IMG/VR virus record: IMGVR_UViG_3300034069_000591
Coordinates: 1-60,561 of that record
DNA from: a virus
DNA length: 60,561 nt
Reading direction: 5' to 3' (one strand)
Part shown: piece after piece, positions 1-8,557 of the stretch
Layout: each line of letters begins with the position of its first letter
Numbering within the stretch: the stretch's first letter is position 1
Program-made: the position numbers and the translations under genes
Notes under the pieces: model-generated
Told to the model about the DNA's origin: nothing
The model's input: the letters and a program-made list of their open reading frames with translations, nothing else
Database searches by the model: none

Positions 1-141
1 GTCCGTGCAGGGCGAGGACCGGTTCAAGTGCGAGCCCGGCTCCCCGGACTCCCGCAAGGCGTCGCTCGACGGCCGGTACTGCGGCGGCTACCACGCCCTC
101 TCGATCCACCTCGACTACGTGGGCCACGCCGCGATCACCGA
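1..141. repeat. Terminal overlap copy 1 (identical to 60421-60561), a contig circularisation overlap
   Basis: Read directly. Both copies begin gtccgtgcagggcgaggacc and end gcgatcaccga. The repeat lies inside the annealase ORF. Confidence 0.95.
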
Positions 142-613
142 CCGGCTCCTCGACGCCGACCCCGGGTGGAACTGGGAGCCGCTCGCGTTCAACAGCGACG
201 GGTTCCCCCGGTTCGACGCGCAGGGCGGCCTGTGGATCAAGCTCACCGTGCAGGGCGTCACCCGCCTCGGCTACGGCGACGCGCAGGGCAAGAACGGCCC
301 GAACGCGACCAAGGAGGCGATCGGCGACGCGCTCCGCAACGCCTCCATGCGGTTCGGCGCCGCGCTCGACCTCTGGCACAAGGGCGACCTGCACGACGCC
401 GGCGACGCCGCTCCGACAGGATCCGCGCCCGAGGTCGTCGCCCGGGACTGGATCGCCGAGGCGCACAACCTCACGACGTTCGACGCCGTGCGCGCCCTCT
501 GGGGCGAGGCCCGCGCCGGCGGTGCGCCGGCGTCCGTCCTCGATCAGATCGTCGAGCGCGGCAACGACCTCGCCGAGGCCGAGCGCGCCCGCGAGGCACA
601 GGAGCGTGCATGA
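1..613 (+). CDS. Rad52/Sak-type single-strand annealing protein, 3' part (the ORF starts at 60296 and wraps across the junction; about 245 aa in total)
   Basis: In frame with 60296-60561 through the 141-nt overlap. YVGHAAITDRL..PGWNWEP and KEAIGDALRNASMRFGAALDLW resemble Rad52-family annealases. It follows a YqaJ exonuclease gene. Confidence 0.8.
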   Translation, partial: SVQGEDRFKCEPGSPDSRKASLDGRYCGGYHALSIHLDYVGHAAITDRLLDADPGWNWEPLAFNSDGFPRFDAQGGLWIKLTVQGVTRLGYGDAQGKNGPNATKEAIGDALRNASMRFGAALDLWHKGDLHDAGDAAPTGSAPEVVARDWIAEAHNLTTFDAVRALWGEARAGGAPASVLDQIVERGNDLAEAERAREAQERA

Positions 614-900
614 TGCAGACCGTCTACAAGCAGGCGATCCCGGTCGTCTCCGACGGCATCCCCGTCGTCAGCATGCCCGGCTCCGCGCGCCTCGTGCGGC
701 TCGAGGTCGACGACCGCGACCCGTCCGTCGTGCTGTCCTGGTGGTACGTCCCCGACGCCGACGCGGAGCCCGAGCGGCACCGCGTCTCCGTCCTCGCGAC
801 CGGGCAGGGCGCGCCGGCCGCGTGGATCTACCTCGCGTCGACCGCGCCGCACCCCCGGACCGGCCTCGTCTGGCACCTCTGGCGCGTCGTCGATGCCTGA
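610..900 (+). CDS. hypothetical protein (96 aa)
   Basis: ATG 610 overlaps the upstream stop (ATGA). Internal start within track ORF 28..900. Confidence 0.6.
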   Translation: MMQTVYKQAIPVVSDGIPVVSMPGSARLVRLEVDDRDPSVVLSWWYVPDADAEPERHRVSVLATGQGAPAAWIYLASTAPHPRTGLVWHLWRVVDA

Positions 901-1375
901 CCAGTCGATCGGTCAGCAGTACGCGCAATCGGTCCGCTCGTGGCAGCAGAGCGTGTCCGAGTTCGAGGAGGCCATGTTGATCCAGGCCAACGCGACCGCG
1001 GACTACAAGCAGGCCCGCGGCCGGTTCATCGTCCGCCTCCGGTTCGAGGAGCCGAAGATCAGCGCCGTCGCGCTCGAGGCCGCCGCAGACGGGGACGACG
1101 TCGTCGGCAAGGCGCTGCACGACCGGCTCCTCGCCGACGCGGTCGTCGACTCCCTCAAGCAGCGCCTCCAGTGGCACCGCGCGCAGGCCGACAACCTCCG
1201 CACGCAGGTCGTCGACGAGCGCGAGCAGAACCGGTTCTCCTCGGCCGCGGGCGCAGGCCCCGGCCGAGGGCAGGTCGACCCGACCTACGACCGGCCGGGC
1301 GGCCGCAGCGCGCTCCCGCCCCCGGACCCCTGGCCGAGTTCCGACCCGTGGGCCGACGGCCCCCCTCAGAGGTGA
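893..1375 (+). CDS. hypothetical protein, coiled-coil with a Pro-rich tail (160 aa)
   Basis: Track ORF. Overlaps the upstream gene by 8 nt. Confidence 0.65.
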   Translation: MPDQSIGQQYAQSVRSWQQSVSEFEEAMLIQANATADYKQARGRFIVRLRFEEPKISAVALEAAADGDDVVGKALHDRLLADAVVDSLKQRLQWHRAQADNLRTQVVDEREQNRFSSAAGAGPGRGQVDPTYDRPGGRSALPPPDPWPSSDPWADGPPQR

Positions 1376-1377
1376 GC

Positions 1378-1572
1378 ATGCACGACGACGACCCCCGCCG
1401 CATCGTCCCGACGGTCCGCCTCGAGCCCGACGTCCGCGTCGAGCGGAACCGCGCCAGCGGCTACGCCCTCGTCTCGAATGAGGAGCCGCTTCAGCGCGTG
1501 CTCATCACCGACCGGCAGGCGCAGCAGATCGTCGACGGGCTCGCGGCGCTCGGGATCCGGGCGAGCTCGTGA
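1378..1572 (+). CDS. hypothetical protein (64 aa)
   Basis: ATG 1378 with GAGG about 6 nt upstream. Internal start within track ORF 940..1572. Confidence 0.55.
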   Translation: MHDDDPRRIVPTVRLEPDVRVERNRASGYALVSNEEPLQRVLITDRQAQQIVDGLAALGIRASS

Positions 1573-2234
1573 TCGAGTACCCGCGCCGGTGCGCACTCTG
1601 CGGCGAGGAGCTCTACAGCGACGACGAGCTCGTCGAGCACATCGGCGTCGAGCTCCGCCGCGCGGCCGAGCGTCACGCCGCCGCGGCTCTCGTGCGGGCG
1701 CAGGAGGAGGCGGCGCGCGCCGAGGTCACCCCGGCCGCGCCGCGCTCCCTCGGCCGCCTGTTCGACCAGCGGATCGGCGCCACGTTCATGGTCGACCCCT
1801 ACCACCTGCTCACCGCCGGCCGGGAGCAGCGCGACGCGATCGCCGAGCGGGTGCAGGACACCCTCCACCGGCAGCTCGCGCAGTACGTCGAGCCGTGGGG
1901 CGTCGACCTCCGCCGCGAGTCCGTCTACCTCCGGCAGACCGAGGAGTACGACGGCCCCGTCCCCCGCATCCGGTTCGAGGCGACGTGGTCCCCCGACCCG
2001 GCGCGCGGCTGCCTGTTCCGCGGCGGCCCGATGGACGGCGAGGTCCTCGGCCTCCCCCGCGAGGACGACCTCGGGCGCCCCCGCCGGCTGATCGTCCGCG
2101 CCGCCATGGCGCAGCCCGCGTGGCGCTCCGACGCGACCGAGCCGCCGCGCGAGCCGCTCGTCACCGAGACGCGCTACCGCCTCGCCGGGATCGACCCCGA
2201 CGTCGACCAGTGGGTCTACGCGTGGGACCGCTAG
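1569..2234 (+). CDS. hypothetical protein with an N-terminal CxxC (221 aa)
   Basis: Track ORF. GTG 1569 in a GTGA overlap with the upstream stop. Confidence 0.65.
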   Translation: MIEYPRRCALCGEELYSDDELVEHIGVELRRAAERHAAAALVRAQEEAARAEVTPAAPRSLGRLFDQRIGATFMVDPYHLLTAGREQRDAIAERVQDTLHRQLAQYVEPWGVDLRRESVYLRQTEEYDGPVPRIRFEATWSPDPARGCLFRGGPMDGEVLGLPREDDLGRPRRLIVRAAMAQPAWRSDATEPPREPLVTETRYRLAGIDPDVDQWVYAWDR

Positions 2235-2605
2235 GCGTCACCGTCCGCACCCGCGCGCTCGTGATCGAGCGCGACGACCGGCGATGCCAGTTCGACGGCC
2301 GCGAGCTCGACCTCGCGATCCCCCGCGGCGACTACTCCCTCCAGCACCGGCGAGCGCGCGGGATGGGCGGCTCCCGCGACCCCGAGACCAACGGCCCCGC
2401 GAACCTCGTCCTGGTGTGCGGCTCGGCCACGACCGGGTGCCACGGCTACATCGAGCAGCACCGCGAGCACTCCCGCCGGCGCGGCTTCACGCTGCTCCAG
2501 GCGCAGATCCCGACCCGCGTCGCGCTCCAGGACTGGGCCGGCCTCTGGTGGTGGCTGAACGACGACGGATCCCGGGTCGCCGTGACCCCCGGCGAGGGGG
2601 CATGA
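2222..2605 (+). CDS. HNH endonuclease
   Basis: RALVIERDDRRCQF ... LQHRRARGMGGS ... NLVLVCGSATTGCHGYIE is an HNH-type motif. The start is uncertain (GTG 2222 or GTG 2261). Confidence 0.7.
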   Translation: MGPLGVTVRTRALVIERDDRRCQFDGRELDLAIPRGDYSLQHRRARGMGGSRDPETNGPANLVLVCGSATTGCHGYIEQHREHSRRRGFTLLQAQIPTRVALQDWAGLWWWLNDDGSRVAVTPGEGA

Positions 2606-2632
2606 TGAGCACGGGAACAGCAGGGGAGCACC

Positions 2633-3061
2633 ATGCCTAGGTACGGCGACCGGACCGACGTCACGCCGGCGCGATCGCGCGCCGAGCTCGAGCGGATCGT
2701 CGAGCGCTACGGCGTCGCGGAGTACGGCGTCGTCACCGCCCCGACGCACGCCGTCGTCGCGTTCGCGTTCCAAGAGCTCCGCGTCCGGATCCGTCTCGAC
2801 CTCCCGACCCGCGGCGCCCGCACGACCGCCGCGCAGCACGACCAGGCGATCCGGCAGCGCTGGCGCGCGCTCGTGCTCGTCGTCAAGGCGAAGCTCGAGG
2901 CCGTCGAGTCCGGGATCGAGACGGCCGAGCAGGCGTTCCTGCCCTACATCGTCCTGCCCGACGGGACCACCGTCGGCGAGCAGGTCGCGCCCGCCATGCG
3001 CGCGGCGCTCGCGTCCGGCACCGTGCCGGCGCTGATCAGCGAGAGGAGCCTCACCCCGTGA
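2633..3061 (+). CDS. hypothetical protein (142 aa)
   Basis: Track ORF. GGGGAG lies upstream of the ATG. Confidence 0.65.
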   Translation: MPRYGDRTDVTPARSRAELERIVERYGVAEYGVVTAPTHAVVAFAFQELRVRIRLDLPTRGARTTAAQHDQAIRQRWRALVLVVKAKLEAVESGIETAEQAFLPYIVLPDGTTVGEQVAPAMRAALASGTVPALISERSLTP

Positions 3062-3684
3062 AGCTCAGAGCAGCGCTCCCGAAGCAGGAGCTGAACGGCA
3101 TGACGGCGGTGCACGGCGACGCCGTCGGCCACGTCGGCAAGGCGTACCTCGTCGTGGCGCTCGTGCGCGTCGTCGAGTCCACGACCGCGATCGACAAGTC
3201 CCGCGAGGCGAAGTTCTCCCTCGAGCGCATCGAGACGGTCGGGGAGGACGCGCAGCCGTACATCGCCGAGCTGCTCGAGACGACGTTCGAGGAGCGCACC
3301 GGCAAAACGCCGCTCGACCTCGACATCCCGGGCGTCGACGACCTCCGCAAGACGTTCAAGCCGGCGGGGTCCGGGCGCGGCCGGAAGAAGCCCGACCCGA
3401 CGCTCCTCCGCGAGCCTGACGCCCTCACCGCGACGCCGGCGCCCGTGCTCGTCGACACGTCGCTCATGACGCCCGAGGAGCAGGCCGAGGCCGAGGGCGT
3501 GATCGACGCCGAGGTCGAGGAGGACGACGCCGCCGCCGGCGATGCGGCTCCGGAGTGGGAGCAGGCCGGCAGCACCTCATCCGACCCGGACTGGACGTCC
3601 GGCTACCCCGAGGGCCACCCGGCCGACGAGCACGACGAGGACGAGGCCGCGAGCTCCGCGACCACGCCGTCGTTCTCCGGATGA
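3058..3684 (+). CDS. hypothetical protein with an acidic C-terminal region (208 aa)
   Basis: Track ORF. GTGA overlap with the upstream stop. Confidence 0.6.
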   Translation: MKLRAALPKQELNGMTAVHGDAVGHVGKAYLVVALVRVVESTTAIDKSREAKFSLERIETVGEDAQPYIAELLETTFEERTGKTPLDLDIPGVDDLRKTFKPAGSGRGRKKPDPTLLREPDALTATPAPVLVDTSLMTPEEQAEAEGVIDAEVEEDDAAAGDAAPEWEQAGSTSSDPDWTSGYPEGHPADEHDEDEAASSATTPSFSG

Positions 3685-4235
3685 CACCTCGCCCCGAGTC
3701 CGTCCTCGGCGTCGACCTCTCCCTCGTGCAGACCGGCCTCGCGTCGGCCGTCTGGGGCGAGGCCGGCGCCGAGCCGGTGCTCACCACCGCGATCGTCAAG
3801 CCCACGCTCCGCGGTCACGCTCGCCGGCAGTTCATCGTCCGTAAGATCATCGCCGTCGCGCAGGGGTACGACCTCGTCGGCCTCGAGGGCATCAGCTACG
3901 GCTCCAAGGGCAAGGGCCACGCCGAGGTCGTCGGCCTCTGGTACGAGCTCCGCTCCGCCCTCTGGCGCGCCGACCTCCCCGTCGCCGTCATCAGCCCCGG
4001 CACCCGCGCGAAGTACGCGACCGGCAAGGGAGGCGGCCCCGACGCCGCGAAGCCTCGCGTGCTCGCCGCGACCCGGGGCCTCTGGCCCGCCCTCACCCTC
4101 AAGACCTCCGACGAGGCCGACGCGCTGCTCCTCGCCGCGATCGCCGCCCGCGTCGCCGGCCGCCCGTTCGATGCGCAGCCGTCGCTCGAGCGGTTCGCCC
4201 CCGTCAACGGCATCACGATCGGAGTCGAATCATGA
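3681..4235 (+). CDS. RuvC-like Holliday junction resolvase
   Basis: GVDLSLVQTG, LEGISYG and SDEADALLLAA match the acidic catalytic motifs of RuvC-fold resolvases. ATGA overlap. Confidence 0.8.
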   Translation: MTPRPESVLGVDLSLVQTGLASAVWGEAGAEPVLTTAIVKPTLRGHARRQFIVRKIIAVAQGYDLVGLEGISYGSKGKGHAEVVGLWYELRSALWRADLPVAVISPGTRAKYATGKGGGPDAAKPRVLAATRGLWPALTLKTSDEADALLLAAIAARVAGRPFDAQPSLERFAPVNGITIGVES

Positions 4236-4372
4236 ACCCGTGGCTCATCGCGCAGTGGGCGCTCGTGCTGCTCGTCGTCGTCGCGTGCGGATGCGCCGCG
4301 GTCGCCGTGATCGCGCAGACCTACCGGTCGATCCGCGACGCCGCCAGGCCGCACCGCACCGGCCGCGAGTAG
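4232..4372 (+). CDS. small membrane protein (46 aa, one TM)
   Basis: ATGA overlap. Translates MNPWLIAQWALVLLVVVACGCAAVAVIAQ... Below the ORF-track size cutoff. Confidence 0.45.
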   Translation: MNPWLIAQWALVLLVVVACGCAAVAVIAQTYRSIRDAARPHRTGRE

Positions 4373-4409
4373 GCCCCTCGAGCTGGGGGCGCGGCGCGCC
4401 ACGCCCGGG

Positions 4410-4446
4410 TTGCGCGCCGTGTTTCCCCGGTAATACGCTCGCGGTC
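4410..4446 (+). promoter_or_regulatory. leaderless-type promoter (TTGCGC, 18 nt, TACGCT)
   Basis: TACGCT at 4434-4439 lies 8 nt before ATG 4447. CCCCGGTAATACGCTC box. No SD. Confidence 0.55.
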
Positions 4447-4638
4447 ATGGGAACAGACACCATCACCGCACGGCCCGCCGTCGGCTCCATCATCGTCCGC
4501 GACGGCGTCGAGTACGTCGTCACCGCCTACCCGACGGCGAACCTCGACGTCCTCTCCGACGTCGTGTTCATCCGCAAGGTCGGCGGTAAGCGCTCCGTCC
4601 GCGCGAACCTCTCCAAGCTGCTCGGCGGTGCCCGATGA
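4447..4638 (+). CDS. hypothetical protein (63 aa, starts MGTDT)
   Basis: ATG lies 8 nt after TACGCT with no SD. Internal start within track ORF 4171..4638. Confidence 0.6.
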   Translation: MGTDTITARPAVGSIIVRDGVEYVVTAYPTANLDVLSDVVFIRKVGGKRSVRANLSKLLGGAR

Positions 4639-5000
4639 TCGGCTGCACCCGCGTCGCCGAGGGCGACACCATCGTCGACGGCCGCCGCACCGGCACCGTC
4701 ACCCTCGTCTCGCGCGACATGCCCCGCATCGTCGCCGTCGACTTCGAGGGCGTCCTCTCGATCGTCGACCTCGACGCCGTGCTCGTGCGCGACGTCCACT
4801 CCACGGCCGACTTCACCGCGTACCTCGCCTCCGAGAACGGGTGGGAGCTCGGCCGCACCGAGGTCGTCGTCCGGCAGATGCTGCTCGACGCCGGCCTCCC
4901 GCGCTGGTCCGCCATGACCGAGCTCGCATGGCTCGCGCTGTCGGCCGCGTACTTCGCCGCCGACGTCCACGCGGCGACCTGGCGGGAGCTCGGCGCATGA
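4635..5000 (+). CDS. hypothetical protein (121 aa)
   Basis: Track ORF. ATGA overlap. Confidence 0.65.
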   Translation: MIGCTRVAEGDTIVDGRRTGTVTLVSRDMPRIVAVDFEGVLSIVDLDAVLVRDVHSTADFTAYLASENGWELGRTEVVVRQMLLDAGLPRWSAMTELAWLALSAAYFAADVHAATWRELGA

Positions 5001-5482
5001 CCGTCGCGCGGATCCCCGCTGACCTCGACCAGGACGCCGTCGACGCGCTCCAGGCCGGCGTCGCGCAACCCGGCGTGTTCTACGTCACCTTCGGGCAGAA
5101 GTACCGCTCCGAGCCGCACCCCGCGTGGATCAACGCGGACCCCGACGGCGTGCTCGTCGTGCTCTACACGCCCGACCTCGACGAGCCCGCGAGCCCCGTC
5201 CCGTGCGCGCACTGCGGCCTCCGCGTCGTCGCCGCCGAGCGCGGGACGTGGGTCCACGAGGACGGCCACGTCGCGTGCTACGGCTACGAGCAGACCGGTG
5301 GCAGCGTCGCGACGCCCCGCACCGCGACGGACGCGAACGGACGACTGCTCACCGACGCCCGCGAGCGCGCCCGGCAGGCCGTCTACGCGTGGCTCGGCGG
5401 CCTCTACGCGTTCGACTACGACTCCGTCGCCCCCGAGCACAACCCCCGCGGCGTGCTCGGCGTGCTCGACCTCCGAGCATGA
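4997..5482 (+). CDS. hypothetical protein (161 aa)
   Basis: ATG 4997 in an ATGA overlap. Internal start within track ORF 4628..5482. Confidence 0.65.
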   Translation: MTVARIPADLDQDAVDALQAGVAQPGVFYVTFGQKYRSEPHPAWINADPDGVLVVLYTPDLDEPASPVPCAHCGLRVVAAERGTWVHEDGHVACYGYEQTGGSVATPRTATDANGRLLTDARERARQAVYAWLGGLYAFDYDSVAPEHNPRGVLGVLDLRA

Positions 5483-5838
5483 GCAACCTCCCCGAGGGCG
5501 TCACGCCGGCGATGATCGACCGCGCGTTCGGCGGGCCCCTCTCGGACGCGTGGACGGGCGACCTCGAGTGCGACCACGAGGACCGCCTCGGCGAGCTCTG
5601 GGAGGAGGGCGAGGCCGGGTCCTACGACGACCCGGGCGACCCCGACACCGGCTACCCGCCGTACCTCGCGCTCGCCGCGCAGCCGACCAAGTTCACCGAC
5701 CGCACCACCGACGTCACCGTCTGGGACGCCGGCGGGGCCGTCACCGTCACGTGGGTCTGCCCCGCGTGCGGACGCGGCCACGAGGAGACGTACGACGCCT
5801 CCGACTTCGCAGACGACACCGACCCGTACGAGGACTAG
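5479..5838 (+). CDS. hypothetical acidic protein with a CPACG motif (119 aa)
   Basis: ATG 5479 in an ATGA overlap. Confidence 0.6.
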   Translation: MSNLPEGVTPAMIDRAFGGPLSDAWTGDLECDHEDRLGELWEEGEAGSYDDPGDPDTGYPPYLALAAQPTKFTDRTTDVTVWDAGGAVTVTWVCPACGRGHEETYDASDFADDTDPYED

Positions 5839-5842
5839 GACC

Positions 5843-6352
5843 ATGACCAAGCAGCACGACCACACCACGTTCGCCGCGAACCTGCACGAGGTCGCGACCT
5901 TCATCGGCCGCCTCCCCGCGGACGTCCCGATCCCGAGCGTCACGAACGACCTCATCCGGTTCGCCGTCTACTCCGAGGTGCGCGACGAGCAGTTCCGCGT
6001 CGTGCGGACCGTCCCGCAGGAGGTCCGCGCGATCGCCCGCGCGCTCGGCGGCCGGTGGGAGAAGAACGACCCCGAGGCCAACACGTTCGACGAGCTCTAC
6101 TACACGCTCACCTCCGCGATCGTCGTCGGCGGGCGCCCCGTGCAGATCCTCTGCTCCCGCAACGACGTCTGCGAGCGGATCGAGGTCGGCCGCGAGAAGG
6201 TCATCGTGCCCGCGAAGGAGGCGCAGGAGGCCGAGCCCGAGCGCGAGGAGGAGCGCCCCGTCTACCGGTTCGAGTGCCGCCCGCTGAACGACGCCGCCGG
6301 CCGCGAGCTCGCCGACGTCCTCCAGGAGCTCGAGGAGGTGCAGCCCGCATGA
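5843..6352 (+). CDS. hypothetical protein (169 aa)
   Basis: Track ORF. Confidence 0.65.
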   Translation: MTKQHDHTTFAANLHEVATFIGRLPADVPIPSVTNDLIRFAVYSEVRDEQFRVVRTVPQEVRAIARALGGRWEKNDPEANTFDELYYTLTSAIVVGGRPVQILCSRNDVCERIEVGREKVIVPAKEAQEAEPEREEERPVYRFECRPLNDAAGRELADVLQELEEVQPA

Positions 6353-6666
6353 CGCACCTCGACGTCGTGTTCGACGGCGCTCCCGGCCCCGAGGGTCCCC
6401 GCTTCATCGAGGTCGAGGACGAGCAGGGCGCGAGCGTCTCCGCCGGATCGTGGGTCGACCGAGGCGACGGCACCTGGGCGCTCCGCCTCGAGCGGCCGAT
6501 CCTGCCCGGCGACCTCGTCGAGCACCGGTCCAAGCCCGAGCTCGACGAGCGCGAGGTCGTCTCGGTCGGCCGAGACTTCCTCACGCTCAACCTCCTCGGC
6601 CGCGAGTCCACGCGACTCCCGCTCGACAACTACCGCGTCACCCGACCGCGCGAGGGCGTGCTCTGA
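6349..6666 (+). CDS. hypothetical protein (105 aa)
   Basis: ATG 6349 in an ATGA overlap. Confidence 0.6.
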   Translation: MTHLDVVFDGAPGPEGPRFIEVEDEQGASVSAGSWVDRGDGTWALRLERPILPGDLVEHRSKPELDEREVVSVGRDFLTLNLLGRESTRLPLDNYRVTRPREGVL

Positions 6667-7055
6667 TGCTCCTCCGCGGCTCGCATCCGATGATCCGCGG
6701 CGACGTCGAGGTCACGATCCCCGACGACTCCGACCTCGCGCAGCGCATCAAGTCCGGGGGGCTGCACGGCCTCTCGATCGACCTCTCTGTCCCCGTCACC
6801 AGCCAGGAGCCCAACCTCATGTCCCGCCTCTCTCACGACCGCCCCGACGACTTCGAGCAGGTCATCGAGGACGCCGTCGACCGCGCCGACGCCGACCGAG
6901 GGTCGGAGGCGCCCGTCTCCGACCGCACCCGCGCTGCTCGTGCGGTCGCGTGCCCCGCGTGCTACGCGCCCGCCGGCGAGCCCTGCACGCAGCCGACCGA
7001 CAACGGCCGCCGCGCGGTCGGGTGGCACCACCTCTCCCGCGAGGACGCCGCCTAG
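6666..7055 (+). CDS. hypothetical protein with a C-terminal Cys/His zinc-finger-like motif (129 aa)
   Basis: ATG 6666 overlaps the upstream TGA. Contains CPACYAPAGEPC...WHH. Confidence 0.6.
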   Translation: MLLRGSHPMIRGDVEVTIPDDSDLAQRIKSGGLHGLSIDLSVPVTSQEPNLMSRLSHDRPDDFEQVIEDAVDRADADRGSEAPVSDRTRAARAVACPACYAPAGEPCTQPTDNGRRAVGWHHLSREDAA

Positions 7056-7076
7056 CGCCTCCGACCGTCCGACCCG

Positions 7077-7112
7077 CGCGCCGTCCTGCTCCCCCCGGAG
7101 TGGGGCGGCGCG
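7077..7112 (+). terminator. GC-rich hairpin (factor-independent terminator candidate)
   Basis: CGCGCCG/CGGCGCG outer stem plus CCCC/GGGG inner stem, 22 nt after the stop at 7055. Confidence 0.45.
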
Positions 7113-7137
7113 TTCGTGCGCGACGCGCCACGACGCG

Positions 7138-7173
7138 TTGTGCGCGGTGCTTCCCCGGTAATACGCTCTCCAC
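7138..7173 (+). promoter_or_regulatory. leaderless-type promoter (TTGTGC, 18 nt, TACGCT)
   Basis: TACGCT at 7162-7167 lies 7 nt before ATG 7174. Same CCCCGGTAATACGCTC box. Confidence 0.55.
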
Positions 7174-7386
7174 ATGGGAACCGCCACCGCCACCTCGCTC
7201 AAGCAGCTCCGCGCCATGCGCGCCGAGTTGCACACCGACCTCGCCAAGCAGGCGCTTATCGTCGAGTCGCTCGACCGACCGGGCGTCGACCCCGCCCGCC
7301 TCGAGCGCGCCTCCGAGCAGATGGAAGCCATGCACATCGAGCTCACCGACCTCGACCGCGTCATCGCCAAGGCGGTCGCGGCATGA
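7174..7386 (+). CDS. hypothetical coiled-coil protein (70 aa, starts MGT)
   Basis: Track ORF. ATG lies 7 nt after TACGCT with no SD. Confidence 0.6.
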   Translation: MGTATATSLKQLRAMRAELHTDLAKQALIVESLDRPGVDPARLERASEQMEAMHIELTDLDRVIAKAVAA

Positions 7387-7940
7387 CGCTCCACACCCGC
7401 GTCCGCGTCACCGCGCCGCTCGGCGACGTCACCCTCGACGTCCTCTGGGACAAGGTGCTCGCCGACCTCGTCGCCGTCTCCGACCCGACCGCGCCGCACG
7501 AGTCCCGCTCGCACGGCGAGCACGGCCGCGGCACCGTCCTCGGGCAGGGCCTCGCCGGCATCCTCGAGGCCGAGGTCGGCCCCGACGGCGCCGAGCTGCC
7601 CCGCGACGATCACCCCGAGTGGGCCGACCCCGAGGAGGACTACGACGGCCTCGACCACGACCCGCACGCGTGGGCCGAGGTCGGCTGGGACACCGCCTAC
7701 GGCTACGACGACGAGCACGGCGGGTGCGGCACCCTCCACGCCCGCCTGATCGTCTCCCTCGGCGCGTGGCTCGACGAGCGCGGCCTCCCGTGGTCCTGGT
7801 ACAACGAGTTCCGCGGCGACTGGCACGAGGGCGGCGCGGAGCTCGAGACGCTGCTCGACGGCGGACGCGCGGCCACGACGTGGTTCGCGTCCATCGCGCC
7901 CGCGCTCGAGGCCCGCCTCGGCACCGAGGGCACCCGCTGA
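7383..7940 (+). CDS. hypothetical protein (185 aa)
   Basis: ATGA overlap. Confidence 0.65.
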   Translation: MTLHTRVRVTAPLGDVTLDVLWDKVLADLVAVSDPTAPHESRSHGEHGRGTVLGQGLAGILEAEVGPDGAELPRDDHPEWADPEEDYDGLDHDPHAWAEVGWDTAYGYDDEHGGCGTLHARLIVSLGAWLDERGLPWSWYNEFRGDWHEGGAELETLLDGGRAATTWFASIAPALEARLGTEGTR

Positions 7941-8440
7941 TGCGCACCACGACCGAGGTCTACACCGTCCCCTCGACGTTCCTCAACGCGGCCCTCGTGA
8001 CCCTCGACGGGCTCCCGCTCGTCGTCACCGACCGCCCCGACGCGTTCCTCCACGCCTACCAGCCGCAGTCCGTCGACTACGCGCTCGAGCACGGCGGGTA
8101 CGAGGTCCGCCGCCCCGGCGACGGCATCGTCCCGACCCTCGACGCGACCGACCTCCGCGCCGCCGCCGCGTACCTCACCATCGCGCACTCGCCCGGCGCC
8201 GGCCGCAAGGTCCTCGCCGTGCGGCTCATCGAGCAGCTCCGCGGCCTCGTCGACGACGGCGACGCGTTCCCGGACTACGTCCTCTCCGGCGACGTCGTCG
8301 AGCCTCTCGCGTCCGCCGCGATCGGCGCACTCTCCTGCTGCGACGACCGCATCAACGCGCTCCGCGGACGCCTCGACGGCGCGGTCCGCCGCCTCGCACG
8401 CCGCGGCGGCCTCACCGAGCAGGAGGCCGACGCCCTCTAG
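7940..8440 (+). CDS. hypothetical protein (166 aa)
   Basis: ATG 7940 overlaps the upstream TGA. Confidence 0.65.
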   Translation: MRTTTEVYTVPSTFLNAALVTLDGLPLVVTDRPDAFLHAYQPQSVDYALEHGGYEVRRPGDGIVPTLDATDLRAAAAYLTIAHSPGAGRKVLAVRLIEQLRGLVDDGDAFPDYVLSGDVVEPLASAAIGALSCCDDRINALRGRLDGAVRRLARRGGLTEQEADAL

Positions 8441-8443
8441 GGT
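8438..8443 (+). promoter_or_regulatory. TAGGGT -10-like box facing a non-coding hairpin region
   Basis: Shares its TAG with the stop of 7940-8440. Followed by the 8476-8507 hairpin. Confidence 0.25.
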
Positions 8444-8475
8444 GGACGACAGCGCGAGCCGCTACCCAAGCCCCG

Positions 8476-8507
8476 AGGCCCCTCCTGCACACGCGGGAGG
8501 GGCCTCT
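8476..8507 (+). terminator. 11-bp hairpin GAGGCCCCTCC/GGAGGGGCCTC
   Basis: Perfect stem with a 10-nt loop. Lies between the stop at 8440 and the promoter at 8546. Confidence 0.5.
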
Positions 8508-8545
8508 CCGCGTCCCCGCCCCTAGCAACGACGGTACGTCCACGG

Positions 8546-8557
8546 TAGACTCGTCCG
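8546..8557 (+). promoter_or_regulatory. leaderless-type promoter (TAGACT)
   Basis: The hexamer ends 7 nt before GTG 8558. Confidence 0.5.

Noticed and set aside
1-141. Direct terminal repeat interpreted as a biological DTR of the packaged genome
   Set aside because: The repeat falls in the middle of a conserved annealase ORF that reads through the junction in frame. An assembly overlap of a circular or permuted molecule explains it better.
6950-8440. Long alternative-frame + strand ORFs: 6950-8440, 11471-13126, 41779-44406, 47812-49728, 48852-50540 upstream part, 57150-59063
   Set aside because: Their translations are Arg/Pro/Ala-rich. The same DNA contains neatly tiled genes with recognisable motifs, and only the in-frame C-terminal parts that match real starts were kept.
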